Below the pieces are notes generated by a model, which saw only the letters and a list, made by a program, of their open reading frames with translations, searched no databases and had not been told where the DNA came from. A stretch of DNA of 64,000 nucleotides, taken from NCBI RefSeq assembly GCF_041146345.1, contig NW_027191411.1, positions 1,240,001 through 1,304,000 of the forward strand, read 5' to 3'. The position numbers were made by a program, and so were the translations under genes. Below are positions 36,793-49,550 of this stretch, piece by piece; the first letter of the stretch is position 1; every line of letters begins with the position of its first letter. The stretch is from Neodothiora populina (lineage: Eukaryota).

Positions 36793-37272
36793 ATGCACTC
36801 CAATATGGTTTTCTCCGCTAGCTCAGGTTCCTCGCCTGCATCTTGCTCCTCTAGCCCTTCGCAACCTATTCAGATTGGCTTCAACCCCATCTCGAGAGCG
36901 AGATCTGATACAACAACTTCTTTCGAGGCCTCGTCTTACTCTTCAAGCACGAGCAACTTCTCCGTGGCGAGCACTGCTTCGACCGCCTCTTCTGGACCAT
37001 CTCCTTATGGATCCTCATGCTTGCAGCGCAGTGCGCCAAGCTCTTACTTCAGTGATGCCGAACTATTTGGTGACGAGCAAGTGCCATATCTGGATGAAGC
37101 GCCTGCTCCTCCCAGAGGCGCCGAGGCATGGCTTGCCCAAGCTCGAGCTCAAGGACATGCACCCCCATCGACCTACAAGAGGCCAATCGCTATTCCCATC
37201 CAGGGCCGTAACACCAGGATGAATGGTAGAGCTTCTCTGTCTTCGATGCCATCTGGCTGCAGTGCAGACTAG
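36793..37272 (+). CDS. Small Ser-rich hypothetical protein
   Basis: 159-aa ATG-initiated ORF after a TATA-like ATATATA (about 36549) and a pyrimidine-rich leader. Contains PIQI and PSSYFSDAELFG motifs reminiscent of a small fungal family. Confidence 0.55.
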   Translation: MHSNMVFSASSGSSPASCSSSPSQPIQIGFNPISRARSDTTTSFEASSYSSSTSNFSVASTASTASSGPSPYGSSCLQRSAPSSYFSDAELFGDEQVPYLDEAPAPPRGAEAWLAQARAQGHAPPSTYKRPIAIPIQGRNTRMNGRASLSSMPSGCSAD

Positions 37273-39289
37273 AATCTCGCACAATTTTGGTGTACTTTTA
37301 GCGTCATACGAGTTGACCTCGAGCTACTGGACCGGCGGCTATTGTTGAAGTCCTTCCAGCCACCCCAATCCTGACGTGTTCGTTCAATGCCTGGAGCATC
37401 CACGAATACACTCCACGACGCGCTGATCTGGCTGTCACAAGGCGTGCAGGGGGCTGAGGGTGAGGGGTCTGGAGCCTCAAGTCACGGTTTGAAATCGGAA
37501 ACGATTGTCATGAATACGCACGAAGCGTTCTGCGAGCATGGTGTTGTGCTAGCACATGAGAGTGCTCATGCCTTTGAGTCAAGTCAGTGTCAGGCTCACA
37601 GCCTGGAACGTTGCACTGCCGCGACGTGCATGTTGAGACTTATGTCTCCACAACCAAGTCATTCCGCACGCATATCCGTGCGCCCTATTGGGGCAATCTA
37701 CACATTGGTGGCGCATGAAGCTTTATATTATTCGTCAAAGATACCCTCTTATCATTATTCCCTAGATTAGTTCAAGAATGCAACGATTGTTATTTCATCA
37801 TTCACTACACTTCATCTTGTTCACCGCTTCGAGTTAGAAAGAACGAGTAAGCGAATGTAAGGTACTCACAGAGTTCGACCGCAGCATGCAGTGCACAGCG
37901 CGAAAGTCGGACACCGTAAAAGCAGCCCTACGTGATCTTGACGCATGATCACCCAACTCCTGAGTCCATCGCGATTGTGGTTCGTTAGACGCAGGCACCG
38001 CCCGGAGCTGCTGTGCTGTACGTGTAGATGACTAGAAATCTGTGGCAGGTATCGACATCCAGTCGCCACCCCGCTCAAATGGCCGAATCCTCGTGACCGC
38101 TGCTGCATGACAGGAAGCAAGGGGGAAAGAGCGTCTTCGTACTATCCCCGATAATGTGGATCCATGGAAGCCCATCACACGCTTCTGATTGAAGCGTCAG
38201 ACCCTCTCTTTGTTTGCTATTCCCAATCGTAGAATCAACGAAAGCCCACAATGTGCTGACCTCCGCATAGGGGGTTCAATCTACTTTTATTCTTCAAATG
38301 ACATTGGGAGGACTTCGTTAACGTGAGTAGTACTGCATTAACTTACTTATCGCAGACGTGACGAGATGTGCGAGGGCGCTTGCAAGACAGCTAGCGTAAG
38401 TCGAGGAGGCCAATCGGGGCGTAGGAGGACCTTATTTTTCGACCTCAGACCCTGACTCCATGCAGCTCTCATGCAGCATCCCTATACTAAGCCTGCCCAT
38501 ATGGTGTTTTCCAAACCTGTTCGCTCTCTCTTCATGTTGTAGATTACCACGAGCCGTGCATTGTATGGGCGCTCGTGGTTGGGATGGGATCCCTTGATGG
38601 GCTCCAGGGCCAGATCCGTAGTAGCACCAGCGATTGCCGCCCGCTACACTGCCGCTCACGAGTAGGTCGGACGAATGATATAGTCGATATCTCTCTTCGC
38701 CAAGTCATAGGCTTTGCTCATCAGCACTTATTGCACTCGTTCGAGACGCTATATCTCTGGTCGCTACAAGGTTACATAGGAGATGATTTTCATATCGAGA
38801 CAAGCGAGCTGACATTATCCCTTTCCCATCTCCATTACCTGCATCTGGATTGATATATCGAAATTATTCCATAATCTCTTTTCCTCATTCACATATAAAC
38901 CTCTCCCACCAGCAAGCAAAAAAAACCAATCCTCCGCATGTGTTCCAGCACCAGATCATAAAACTTGCTCACATATTCGGCTGCATGCATAAATCGAGCT
39001 GCAGGATATCCCAGTCTTTGACAAGGGGTCCTTCGCACGGGAACAGCAGTCTTGGATCGCTTTCCTGTCGTAGGAGTGCGGTGTAAGTTACTCAAGTAAG
39101 CTCGCTTTGCCGGTGCGCGCCAGTTTCACCAACTTCAGCACTACACTGTGTCGGCGTGCTATCGCGGCTACCTCGTTTGGCAATCTGTCTTGATCATAGG
39201 CGGGGAAGGTATGACTTGGGAGGATTCCTCAACAGTTCCGTGGACGGATCGTGTGACTACATATTCTGACTCGCAAAGTGAAGCAGAAC

Positions 39290-42200
39290 ATGTCATCTAG
39301 TCATGTATCAAGCCACAGATCCAGGTCGTCCACCTCGGAGTTCTCGAAAGGCGCTGCTACAATATCCCCGCTATCAGGGTCGACCGCCGAACGCAACGCA
39401 GGATCACTAAAGCCATGTGCGGCGACCGCGGCGTACTTTCTTTACGCGCAGTGCAATATCGTTTTGTGTCTACACCACGACACTTTAGCTCTAGCGCGCA
39501 GATTTGACAGACACCGAGAAGATGTGAAATGGATCGCAGCGGATACCGTCAGCGAAGGAGGCGCCGGGAGGTTTGCTGTGAGCTATGATACAGGACATAC
39601 TGCCATCGTTTGGGATATAATTACAGGTGATGAGATTGCACGCTTTGCGGCGTATGAAGAGATCAAGGTTGCGACATGGATGCGCAATGGTAACATTGCA
39701 TTTGGTGGGTTGATCACAAGTTCACGTGTATCATACAAGTGCTGACAAGCGTAGGCAATGTTCAGGGGAACGTTATACTGTTTGAGCCGACCACCTCTGA
39801 ACATGTTTCCGCCCGAACAATCTATGACCCAATAACTGCTATTGCACCTGTTGCGGACAATCGAACCTTTGCTATAGGGTAAGCTTCTTGAGGAATGGCA
39901 CTTGAGATATTGCTAAACAGGGAATAGCTATTTGAATGGATCTATTCTGATCGCGACCTTGCAGCCATTTACCATGGTACATTCTTTGAATGCCTCGAGC
40001 GCACCCTCCCGAGTACTCGGGTTAGCTTGGCATGGTTCTGCTTCGAGACAAAAATCTGATATGTTGGCCACTCAGACTGCTGACGGCAGTCTCAAGGTCT
40101 GGAGTATCCCAAAGGTTGCGAATGGTGATTCGCCTAATATCATCAGAGTTCTGAACAGATCAGATGCCACCAAGGAACCCGGAGCATGCTGGTTTGCTTG
40201 GTCCAAACTTGGGCGTATCGTGCAGCACTCTGGAGGGTGAGTAGATATTTGATCTTGTCGCTATAATTATGGCTGTGTGACAGTGCAGTCATATATACTT
40301 CTATGCTAACGCTTTGCAGTGAAACCCGAGTGTGGGATGTTCGCACCAAAAACGTAACATGCGAGACCATACCAACTATGCGCGATGTTGTCGGCATTGC
40401 CAACTGTGGACCTACTTCAACCCTTTTCACAGTAGCGAAGAACGATACCGTGCAACAATACGACATCACTCCTGGAAAGAGACCAGCGCAGGTCATCAAC
40501 GTGCAACATGCGCCAGCAAACTCGCCTCCATCGCCTCCAGATTCAATCGAAGAACAAAAAGACCAACGAATAGAGGCGATACCTACATTGTCAGATCTAG
40601 CATCGATTCCTATCGTTTTCTCGGACGCTGATACTAGCGAGGGCGAGGGCGTGGCGATGTCGCCGCTTCAGCGGATTGTCAAGGAGATGGACCAACTAGA
40701 AGACGAACGTCGTGACCATGTAGGACCCCTGAGCCCTGTTTCAAGCAGGGCATCATCAGTCGCCTCCAGCCGATCCTCTGACGGAGGTCATCGTGCACCT
40801 TCGTACCGTTATGACAAGGCCCCATCTTCGCGGGCGTCGAATGCTTCGGCTAATGACGGAACCGAGTTCTCGTTCGGACGATCAACAAATCATCCAAAGC
40901 GAGAAAGCATGTCGGTTCGGTCGACATCTTCGTTCACATCGTCCCGTTATCGATCCTCGGGTCTCCGCAAAGAAGTCCTCCGTAGCCCAGACGAAGTGTA
41001 TCAGCCGTCTGTTATTGACATATTTCCATACGTGAAAGCCCGCCTCTCGAGTGTTCCGTTCAGAACTCCACACTATGGGCAATTGTCTCGTACGCCAGAT
41101 GTACTGAGGCGCGAAATGTTGAGTGTGGTGTTCGGCTGGAATGATGATATCGAACTGCTGATTCGGGATGAATGTAAGCTCTCCCCCGCATGTGATCGAT
41201 GATATTATATATTGACTGCTACAGGCTCCCGACATCCTCCTGGATCGACAGCAGCAGTACTGCTTGCACAGTGGCTCGGCGATCTCGGTGCCGACTCCAT
41301 GGCATCTATGGTTGGGTCTGAGTCAATGACATCGGCTGATTGGATGCTCCTTGCACTTAGTGCTATGGGACATGCATCGCAGAAGAAAGTCGGAGAAGCC
41401 TTTGTACACCGCCTGCTTGAGAAAGGTGACGTACATCCTGCAGTAGCAATCTTACTTGGGCTCGGGGAAGAGAACGACGCCATCGAGGTCTACGTATCTC
41501 GCAACCACTATATGGAAGCCGTTCTATTGACCTGCCTGGTGTTTCCGTCTGATTGGCAGAGACAGTCATATCTTGTTCGAAAGTGGGGCGAGATACTCGT
41601 TGCACAAAGTCAACCCGAGCTTGCTGTTCGCTGCTTTTCGTGTACAAGTGTTGAGAGCTCAGAACCTTGGTTTTCACCTCGCGCGCAAGATTTTGTCTTC
41701 GCAGCACAGAACGAACAGTTTCCCGGTCAATCAGTGCGAACACCCTTGTCGCCACCATCAGCTACTGCATCGGATCGCCTGAAGTCCAAGAATGCGTCCT
41801 TGAAATTAATCACAAATTTCGGCAACAAAGCAACGACGCTTCCACCGAACACCCGACATGGCCCAATGTCTGCCTTGCTGGGGCCCGGTGTGACTCCCAT
41901 CGCTGAGTCTGCTCTGACCCCAGCGGCAGCGGCGCCATGGCGAGGAACATCCCACAGCAGAGAACGAGACCCTTCCTCGGCAAGAACTGCTACACCTCGA
42001 GGATATGCGAGGAAAGGACTTCCACGGTCAGAAAGACAGAAGGGTCGGACACCTTCAGCGACACCAATCACTGCCGCACGAGACGGAACTCCTGCACTCC
42101 CGATAGAGGTGCAAAATGATCTGGCACAAAGCCATCGTCGAAGAGCGCCATCACTAAGCTCGACTGAACATAATCACAGTGTTGGGTCATTGGGGCCTAC

Positions 42201-44322
42201 TAGCTCACGCCGAAAGTTGAGTAATGCTGATCGACTACCGTCGCCGGCTCACGACGTCTTCACTCGCCTCAAGGATGATACCAAGTCAAGGAATGGCTCC
42301 CGTGAGCGGCTTCCTGTAACATTGCAAGTTCAAGTGTACGATACAGCTTATCTAGCACCCAGTGCGTCAACATATAATGGAAGTGATCCTGCCACTGAGA
42401 GCAGTGACCACCCTGCTTATGCAGCATATGATGCGCATGATCGGAAACAAATTGATAACCACGAGCAAGCTCATGTACATGAGTCTAAGCGCGATAAACA
42501 GGGTACAAATCATCAGCATGAGCGGACTGAGAGCAGAGGGAGGCCCGGAAAACGGTATATTCGTCCTGCCAAAGGCTCGCCTTCGTCTCCTGTACCAATG
42601 TCTCCAGAAGAGGTAGCCGCTGCGACAAGAGCCATGCAGCAGCAGGACTCTGACAGGATAGCAAGAGAAGAAGCGACTAGAAAAGGGGAGCTGTTTAATA
42701 TCGAGGTTACGTCCGAGCGACACGCACCTGACGAGCGAATTGGGTACGATAATGATCAACAAGAGTTTGGTGAACGCATCAATCAAGGGGGGAAGTCTCG
42801 CTCATCGCTGGGATCACAGCCCACAGACAAGACACCCGAATGGAGTGGTTCCGAAACTAGCAGCGGAAGAGGATTGCGTTTGCCACGGGAAGAGCCACAT
42901 ACAGATGTCGAGAGGCCTAACGACGGACCACGCGATCAGGGAAGTCTACTCAGGAAACGTCTGGCGGCAAAGGAGCTAGAGGAACGCAGAGCATCACTCG
43001 CCAGGCGTCCTTCTGCCCCAGTGATTCCGCTTCCCGGAGAACTTACGGACAGACGTCCTTCACTGCCACAGCGATTCCATACAGAGTTGGGAGACGCTCC
43101 ACAGTCATTCCTTCCTCCAATGTCGGCCGCATTACACGCACGAAGCCACACGGCCGATCCCCACGACATGATGCGATATCCTCCTCGCCAGACACCATCC
43201 TCTGGCCCTCCAGCAAACATAGGATTACCTGCGACCCCTCGCGTCATGAGGAACCCTTATTATCTGAGCAAGGATTCGAGCGGCGAAAGTCTGCCGCCCA
43301 TGCCTGACACGCTAGAGACCCGTGACCACCAAGCCGGATCTGATGGGATAGCTCCACTGCTCCCAAACACGGTCTTCTCACTCAATGTCTCAAGCCCGTT
43401 GCAGCGAGCAGCGTCTGTGCCTCTGGAGCGAAGTGACAGGACTGCAGAAGCAAGTCTTGCATATCCTGCCTACAAGGGGGCGTTCCCTTCTCCGTCGAAG
43501 CGGTCTCCATCAAAGCGTCGTCCATCGCTGTCGCAAGGGCATAGCCGACACACTTCGCAGCCAGACGATCAATTCTCGCATACGCAAGGTCCACAGTCAG
43601 TCGAAGCCAGTATAGCTGAGACGTTACATGAAACGAATGTGGTCTTCGTAGAAGCCGACGAAGACGATGAGGTCGTCCTGCCAGAACTAAAGCATCTTGC
43701 GACATCAATGGCTCCACCCCCACCACCACCTCCACCACCACCGCCGCCACCGCCTTCCTATATTCTAGCAGAGTCGACGAACGCAAGCACCACCAACAAC
43801 CTTGGCGTCATCGATATTGCCATCGAGGAAGACGCGCCAATGATCGTCGATGTCGCACCAATGATGGAACACCAACGCGCTGCAACCACTTCTCCCACAG
43901 CCATGACAAGCGGTCATCGTCGCGGCCGCAACAGCGTCAGCGAAGGTCTGGGATCTCGCCTGCGGAACGTCACGGATCGAATGCGCAGTACGAGTCGGCC
44001 AGGCACGAAGCCGTCGTCTGCGGTTGATGCGTACAAGCCCATGCCATACGACACCGTCTTGCCGCAGTCGGCCAGCAGTCGTCGCGGAAGCGCATCTAGA
44101 ACCAGACAGCCATACAATGGTTATGCAGCAGCTGCTGCTACTGCAGGGATCCAGCTTTCCGATAATAATGCGTACCAACAACCCATTTCTGGTGTCGAAA
44201 CAAATGTAATTCAGAATGGCGGGCCTGGATCGCAGGCGAGTCGCCCTCCCAAGGACATACGCGCTAACATGCCTCCTGAGACTTTACAGAAGGGTGTATA
44301 TCAGCCACATAATATGATATAG
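39290..44322 (+). CDS. Large WD40-repeat protein with helical (Gemin5-TPR-like) domain and long disordered tail
   Basis: Exons 39290-39704, 39755-39878, 39928-40236, 40320-41173, 41225-44322; all junctions are GT-AG and in frame. WD-type ends (AIVWD, LKVWS, RVWD) and a helical segment GDVHPAVAILLGLGEENDAIEVY. Confidence 0.8.
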
Positions 44323-44799
44323 GAGGCGGTGTGTCTCGTGCGTGCGCTTCTTGGTGTGATTGAGCAAGTTTGTTTGTAACATCTAGAGCGCCCGTTTTTT
44401 TTCTATCCTTCATTCGTCGATTGAATCGTTTCCGCATGTGTCTTCTTTCTTGTTTTGGTTCTCATGCATTTGTTCTCAGATTGAATCATATATAATATAC
44501 ACAAGCATAGCTGTACGAGTCTTGTAATCGTAGCGTACTTGACAGACCGTTGTCCATGTTATTGCGACACAACGTGGTCGACGGCATCCTATATCTACCT
44601 GAGTAAAGCGACTGAAACGACGACTGGGTCATGATTGATTGATTGATTCATTCATTCTTACGCTATGCGCCTTCCACAGGAAGCATGAGCGGCCGACTGG
44701 GTCATGAAACACAAATACCACGATAACAATGGCGCAGAGCACCTCCTGAAGATTATCACATATTGATACTACTTCTATTTCCAAAAGAAGTGCTTACTC

Positions 44800-45072
44800 A
44801 GCTGTAACGGCTCAAGTCGAGGAATCCCCACTTCTCCGCTTCGCCTCCCCTTTCCCAATCCAGGTACTTGTGCCCGGTTCGAATCCCATGGTGGTCGCCC
44901 ACTCGTGCAGGTAACTCACGACATTTGCTGCGCGCGACCTTGAGCCCGCTCGGACATCGCTTCAGCCGAGCAATCGGGCAGAGCAACCGAGCCCATGGGA
45001 TGGCGGTGCTGGACTACACGAGCTGTCTGGTGGGGAGATCTGTGCGGAACTATGGTGGTGGTGACTCTTTTT
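44800..45072 (+). ncRNA. SRP RNA: Signal recognition particle RNA (7SL/scR1), Pol III transcript
   Basis: 5' AGCTGTAACGGCT (UGUNR Alu hairpin, like the fission yeast 7SL start) and an internal B-box GGTTCGAATCC. Helix 5: 44883-44891 pairs with 44993-45001. Helix 6: GGTCGC/GCGACC with a GUAA tetraloop. Helix 8: GCTCGG/CCGAGC with a UCAG/GCAG symmetric loop and CCGA-GCAA-TCGG apex. T5 terminator at 45068-45072. Confidence 0.85.
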
Positions 45073-45357
45073 GTCTGTTTGCTGTGCATTGAGCCATCCT
45101 GTACCTGGATCCTAAAGGTTTTGTACTCCGTACATGGTAGATGCTGAACAACGTGGATTGTAATTGCTAAGTGTCTGAGGTTTTATACACGACGATGAGG
45201 GTCAATTGCGATACTAAGGCACGGTGATCTCATAATGGACATGCGCAACTCGTCCAATCAATCGAACAATCCTTGATAAGTGCTTCTGAAACATTTTATT
45301 TTATGTCCAATTTCATACCAGATCTCTATAGTCTAGGCGACACACCCACCACCAAGT

Positions 45358-46444
45358 CTACACCGCGATGCCATAGTCCGCGTAAGGAAAGTTCTCGAGT
45401 GTCGCATGCAACCTCGCATACCCATCACCGATCTTTCCGGGTATCTCATGTCCACCACTGCTGCTACCATACTGATTCATGATGCTCGTGCCAGCGAGAA
45501 CCTCGTCCTCGCGACCCTTGTACTCATTCAGCAGACCAGGGTGCGGGCACCAAACGACCTGCATGCCAGCGCGTCGGCCAGCCTCAACGCCCGGCACGCT
45601 GTCCTCGAACACCAAGCATTCACAAGGCTTGATCTCGGGCTCCTTGCCCTCGTCGCGGATCCGAGCATTGATCGTCTCGAGCGCGACGAGATATATCTCC
45701 GGCGCAGGCTTGCCTCGTCCCTTGGGCACTCTCTCGTCGTCGCCCAGCACGCGATGCCGCTGCTCGAACACCTCGAAGTGATGCGTCAGGTGCGTCGTCT
45801 TGAGCTTGAAGTTGTTCTTGTTCGACGATGTCGCCAGCGCAATGTGTACGCCGGGCGCGCGGTGCAGCGTCTGCAGCAGCGACACGACGCCTGGTAGCGG
45901 CTGCGTCGTCGGGAAGTATTTCTGCTGCGATATAGTGATCTTCTCCATCAGTTCGTCTTGCGTGATGGGGAGTTGGGCCCATTCGAGGAAGATGCGTCCG
46001 GACTGTTGTAGACACCACATGGTCAGCTTTGCTCTTCTCGCCTTGATTTCTCGAAGGTGTTTTCTCGAAGGTAGAGGATCAACATACCTCGGGGCCAGGT
46101 CGTCCCTGTAATTGCGCCTTGATGTTCCACGGTAGATCAGGCTTTCCGTATTCGCGCAGCACTTCGTTGGTACATATCGTGTACATGTCCTCGGAGTCGA
46201 TCAGACTGTTTTGTTCCTTTTTCAATTAACAACGTGTTTCTTGTTTTTTTTATGTTGTTTCCTTCTTTCTTTGAACAGAAAATTGTCTCGGAAATCAGTT
46301 CAAATCGTTGGGTTTCGAAAGTACTGACAGACCATCCATGTCGAAGAGGCATGCTCGAATCGCTGGGAGTCTGCAATGTTGCGTTAGTGCAGGATCTATC
46401 CTGATGTTTGGGCTATCTTGCACATACTTGTTCGGTGACTCCAT
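45358..46444 (-). CDS. HAD-superfamily hydrolase, GS1/HDHD1 (pseudouridine-5'-phosphatase)-like
   Basis: Exons 46444-46428, 46370-46329, 46205-46088, 46002-45358. Motif I ACLFDMDGLLIDSE is restored by splicing; also ALATSS, GKPAPEIY and CLVFEDSVPGVEAG. Confidence 0.88.
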
Positions 46445-46815
46445 CTTGCTAGTGCTCCTTTGGTATATACAAATATCTCACTAATTACTCGAAACGTATG
46501 CAATGGGATGATTATAGTGTAAATACAACAATGATAACATGGGGGCGATTCGATGAATCACATCCCACTTCGGCTCTGCCCCTCCGACTTTCTCGGGCCG
46601 ACCCTCTCTGTGGTCCTAGATTCTTTGATCCCGCTTGTCTATACACCTTGTTCCATTGATCCTCACTCTCAGCACGAGGACTAGTCTTCGACCCACATCC
46701 CTATACAATGGGCCTATACACAATTCTCTTTCAGTATCACAATGCACGCGAAAGTAACGAAGCCTCAAATCGTACTAACTCTGTCTGACTGGCCAACAAT
46801 GTGCCAGGGTTCTGC

Positions 46816-48097
46816 TCACATCTGACGCGAAAAGTGTCCACTATGTCCCCTAACCGCCTCTGCGCTGCCTCCTGACCTATAATTTCTTATATCCTGATAA
46901 CCAGATGTATTGTGGTCCAAGGTTCCCAATGATTGGCGATTCGGAGTCATCTGGTGCAGTCGCCCAACAGTGGTTCCGAATCCATCATCGAATACTAGTC
47001 CAGTCGCCCTTCCTGCATAAGTTGCAAGCGGCGGCGGCTTCATGCGCTGCATCGGCATCTCTGCTATCCCCCGATTCTCTGTTGCAAGTCAGGTTCTGAA
47101 TTGAAGGTGGGACGTTGACGATATACATACGCGGCACTCCTCCGGTGTTGGCTACATTATGTCGGATACTGCTCTGACCTTTTTTACTACCACCACTGCC
47201 AGAACTTCCTGCTCGAGCATGATCATACACTGGGGGCAAGTTGTATATCTTGGCCTGTGCTACAGAGGTCCGCTGGGGTAATGAGCCAACATGTAGGTCG
47301 TCGACAAAGTCTGCGCCATTGATAGAGTGGATCACGGTATCAACATCGTCTGCAGCGGCGTGCTGGATCAGGTGAGCGCTTTGTTGACTCTTCAGCTTCT
47401 GATACAATCCCTGCAGACGTTCTTGAGCCCTGCTCTTCTCCCGAAAGGCATTCGCGAGCTCCTGATTCTTCCGCTGTAGGTTCTTCTTGTCGATGTGCAA
47501 ACCTACACCGTCAGCGACGAAGCCACCACGAGAAAGACGTGCACAAACTTGACAAGCTGTCTCGCAACGACGTTATCTCAGCATTTGCTTCATTGATAAC
47601 ACTATCCATCTGAGCGCTCAAGGCCGCATATTTGTCCGTCAGGCTTTTGGCCATGTAGTCCTGATACATTCTAACATGGTTAATGACAAACCCATCAATC
47701 TTGAGCAGACGAGACGCCAACGTACATCTCCTGGGTGGTCTGGTATTGAAAGAAAGCCAACCCCCTGCTCGCACACTCCATGATCAATCCAGGGCTCAGT
47801 CCGCTGAGAACACTGGTCTTATAGTCCTCGGTTGGATTCAGCTGCGTGACGACAGCATCGTCCGGGTTAGACAATTGAGTTTCGCACGCCGGACATGTTC
47901 GGATGTTGACCCTTGGATCCGAGAGGGACAGCGAGTCTGCGCAGGCTACGCAGAAGATGTGACTGTAGGTGAAGTGAGAATCGTCAGATGCTTCTTACAG
48001 GATATAACGATCAGTCGAACCTGCATGTTGTGACTACCGCTCTGTCGTTCAGGGAAACACGACACTTGAGGGAATTGCAGCGCAGGTTGAAGTCCAT
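46816..48097 (-). CDS. HEI10: Meiotic RING E3 ligase Hei10/CCNB1IP1
   Basis: Exons 48097-48021, 47962-47726, 47670-47549, 47502-47131, 47078-46816. MDFNLRCNSLKC..AVVTTCSHIFCVAC..CPAC RING, then YKTSVLSGLSP and a coiled coil. Confidence 0.87.
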
Positions 48098-48476
48098 TGT
48101 GAAATCTCGATATGTTTTTTGAGTCTGGTGAGTAGACAGGTCTGGATCAGACGCAAGCGGAGTGCTGTAAACAAAGCACTGGATGAGTGATCTACAGGTG
48201 TCGATAGCTCGGCCACGCGGGTATCATGGCTGGGCTGCTCTTTCCTCGTTTACGTGCCCAACGAGTATTTGTCAGGTATCTAGGTAGTCTATCGAGAGGA
48301 TTGATCCACAGAGTACCTAGGTAGAGGAAACCTTAACTTCGTTTAATTGACGCATGTTGGTGATCCGAATTGTTTATGACGAGATGGAAAATGTCCCAGG
48401 GAAATTGAGAACAATGGTATAGAAGGATTAGTTGCTAAGTTCAGCATGGATAATTTTTCTTTTTCTTTATCTACTA

Positions 48477-49550
48477 TTAGAATATCGTCTTGAGGACCCT
48501 GTTGACCAGCTCAGGCTGGTCCGCCTTGGCTCCATCTTTGGCCTTCTTCGACTTGACCTGGTTCTGCTTGAACTGCAAGCCCGGTCTCTCTCTCGTCTTG
48601 TTCTGCGTAGATGTGGCACTAGTAGTCGCTTGGTGACCATCCTCGCTGTTACCAGCCGCCGCCTCTTTCTCCTCTCGAGCTTTCCTTTTGGCCTGCATGG
48701 TTTCCAACATCTTAGCGCGCTCGACATCCTCGACGAACTTCTTATTCTCTCTCCTCGTCTTGCTGATCTCAGCACGCAGCCTAGCAGCCCTCTCGGCGTT
48801 TTCATTCGCGATCTGCTCCGTCAAATGGCTCCACTTGAAGCCCTTCAGGTACTTCATATTCCAGACGTCGTCGTGGTAGAAATTGCCCTTTTTGCCGCCC
48901 ACGATGCTGCCGTTCAGCGTCTCAGCGACGATCTTAGCCGTCTTCTTGCTCTTGAACTCGACCCAGCCGTCGGTGAAGCTTTTCTTCTTGTTGCCGCCTG
49001 ACTTTACGCGGCGCTGGTGCTGCGCGTGGTCCTCGGGAGTCAGGAAGATACGCCCGATTTCGCCGTAGGACTCGAGGAGATGTTTGAGCGTGGCGGGTTT
49101 CATGAATGGGGGGATGCGAGAGAGGTAGATGACGCCCGTCTTTTTCGCTGCTCGCCGTGCTTTGTCTACTTGTTTCGCAGACAGGGGCTTGATCTTGGGC
49201 TCTTTGGTGAGGTCGGAGCGTGAGCCAGTAGCTGGTGGTTGGTCGCCATGCTCGTCGTCGCTAGCATGTTGTTGCCCATTCACATCGACATCGTCGTCTG
49301 ATGCAGCATCCGATTCGTTCAGAGTAAACTTCGACCGCGATCTAGTAGTGTCTTTCGCCGAGGTCTCTTCCTCGTCCCCAGACTCGTCTTCGGAGCCGTT
49401 GTCCTCTTGATTCACTCTGCGTCTCTTGGCTGAGCGGCCCGTCAAGGCTCCCCTGCTCTCTTGCTGATCGTCCGAGTCATTCTGTGCCTGATCGTCCTCG
49501 TCGTCACTGACTCCAGTGTCGAGCCATTCGTTGCGTTTTCGTGTCGTCAT
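48477..49550 (-). CDS. ESF2: Pre-rRNA processing protein Esf2/ABT1
   Basis: KTGVIYLSRIPPFMKP, FTDGWVEF, IVGGKKGNFYHDDVWNMKYLKGFKWSHLTEQIA. Confidence 0.93.
   Translation of the reverse strand: MTTRKRNEWLDTGVSDDEDDQAQNDSDDQQESRGALTGRSAKRRRVNQEDNGSEDESGDEEETSAKDTTRSRSKFTLNESDAASDDDVDVNGQQHASDDEHGDQPPATGSRSDLTKEPKIKPLSAKQVDKARRAAKKTGVIYLSRIPPFMKPATLKHLLESYGEIGRIFLTPEDHAQHQRRVKSGGNKKKSFTDGWVEFKSKKTAKIVAETLNGSIVGGKKGNFYHDDVWNMKYLKGFKWSHLTEQIANENAERAARLRAEISKTRRENKKFVEDVERAKMLETMQAKRKAREEKEAAAGNSEDGHQATTSATSTQNKTRERPGLQFKQNQVKSKKAKDGAKADQPELVNRVLKTIF

Noticed and set aside
37273..39080. 1.8-kb intergenic stretch as telomerase RNA or a transposon relic
   Set aside because: I found no TAACCCTAA-type template, terminal repeats, RIP-like AT-richness or transposase remnants.
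44866..44895. GGTTCGAATCCC resembling a tRNA T-arm
   Set aside because: No cloverleaf can be built; it is explained as the internal B-box of the SRP RNA.
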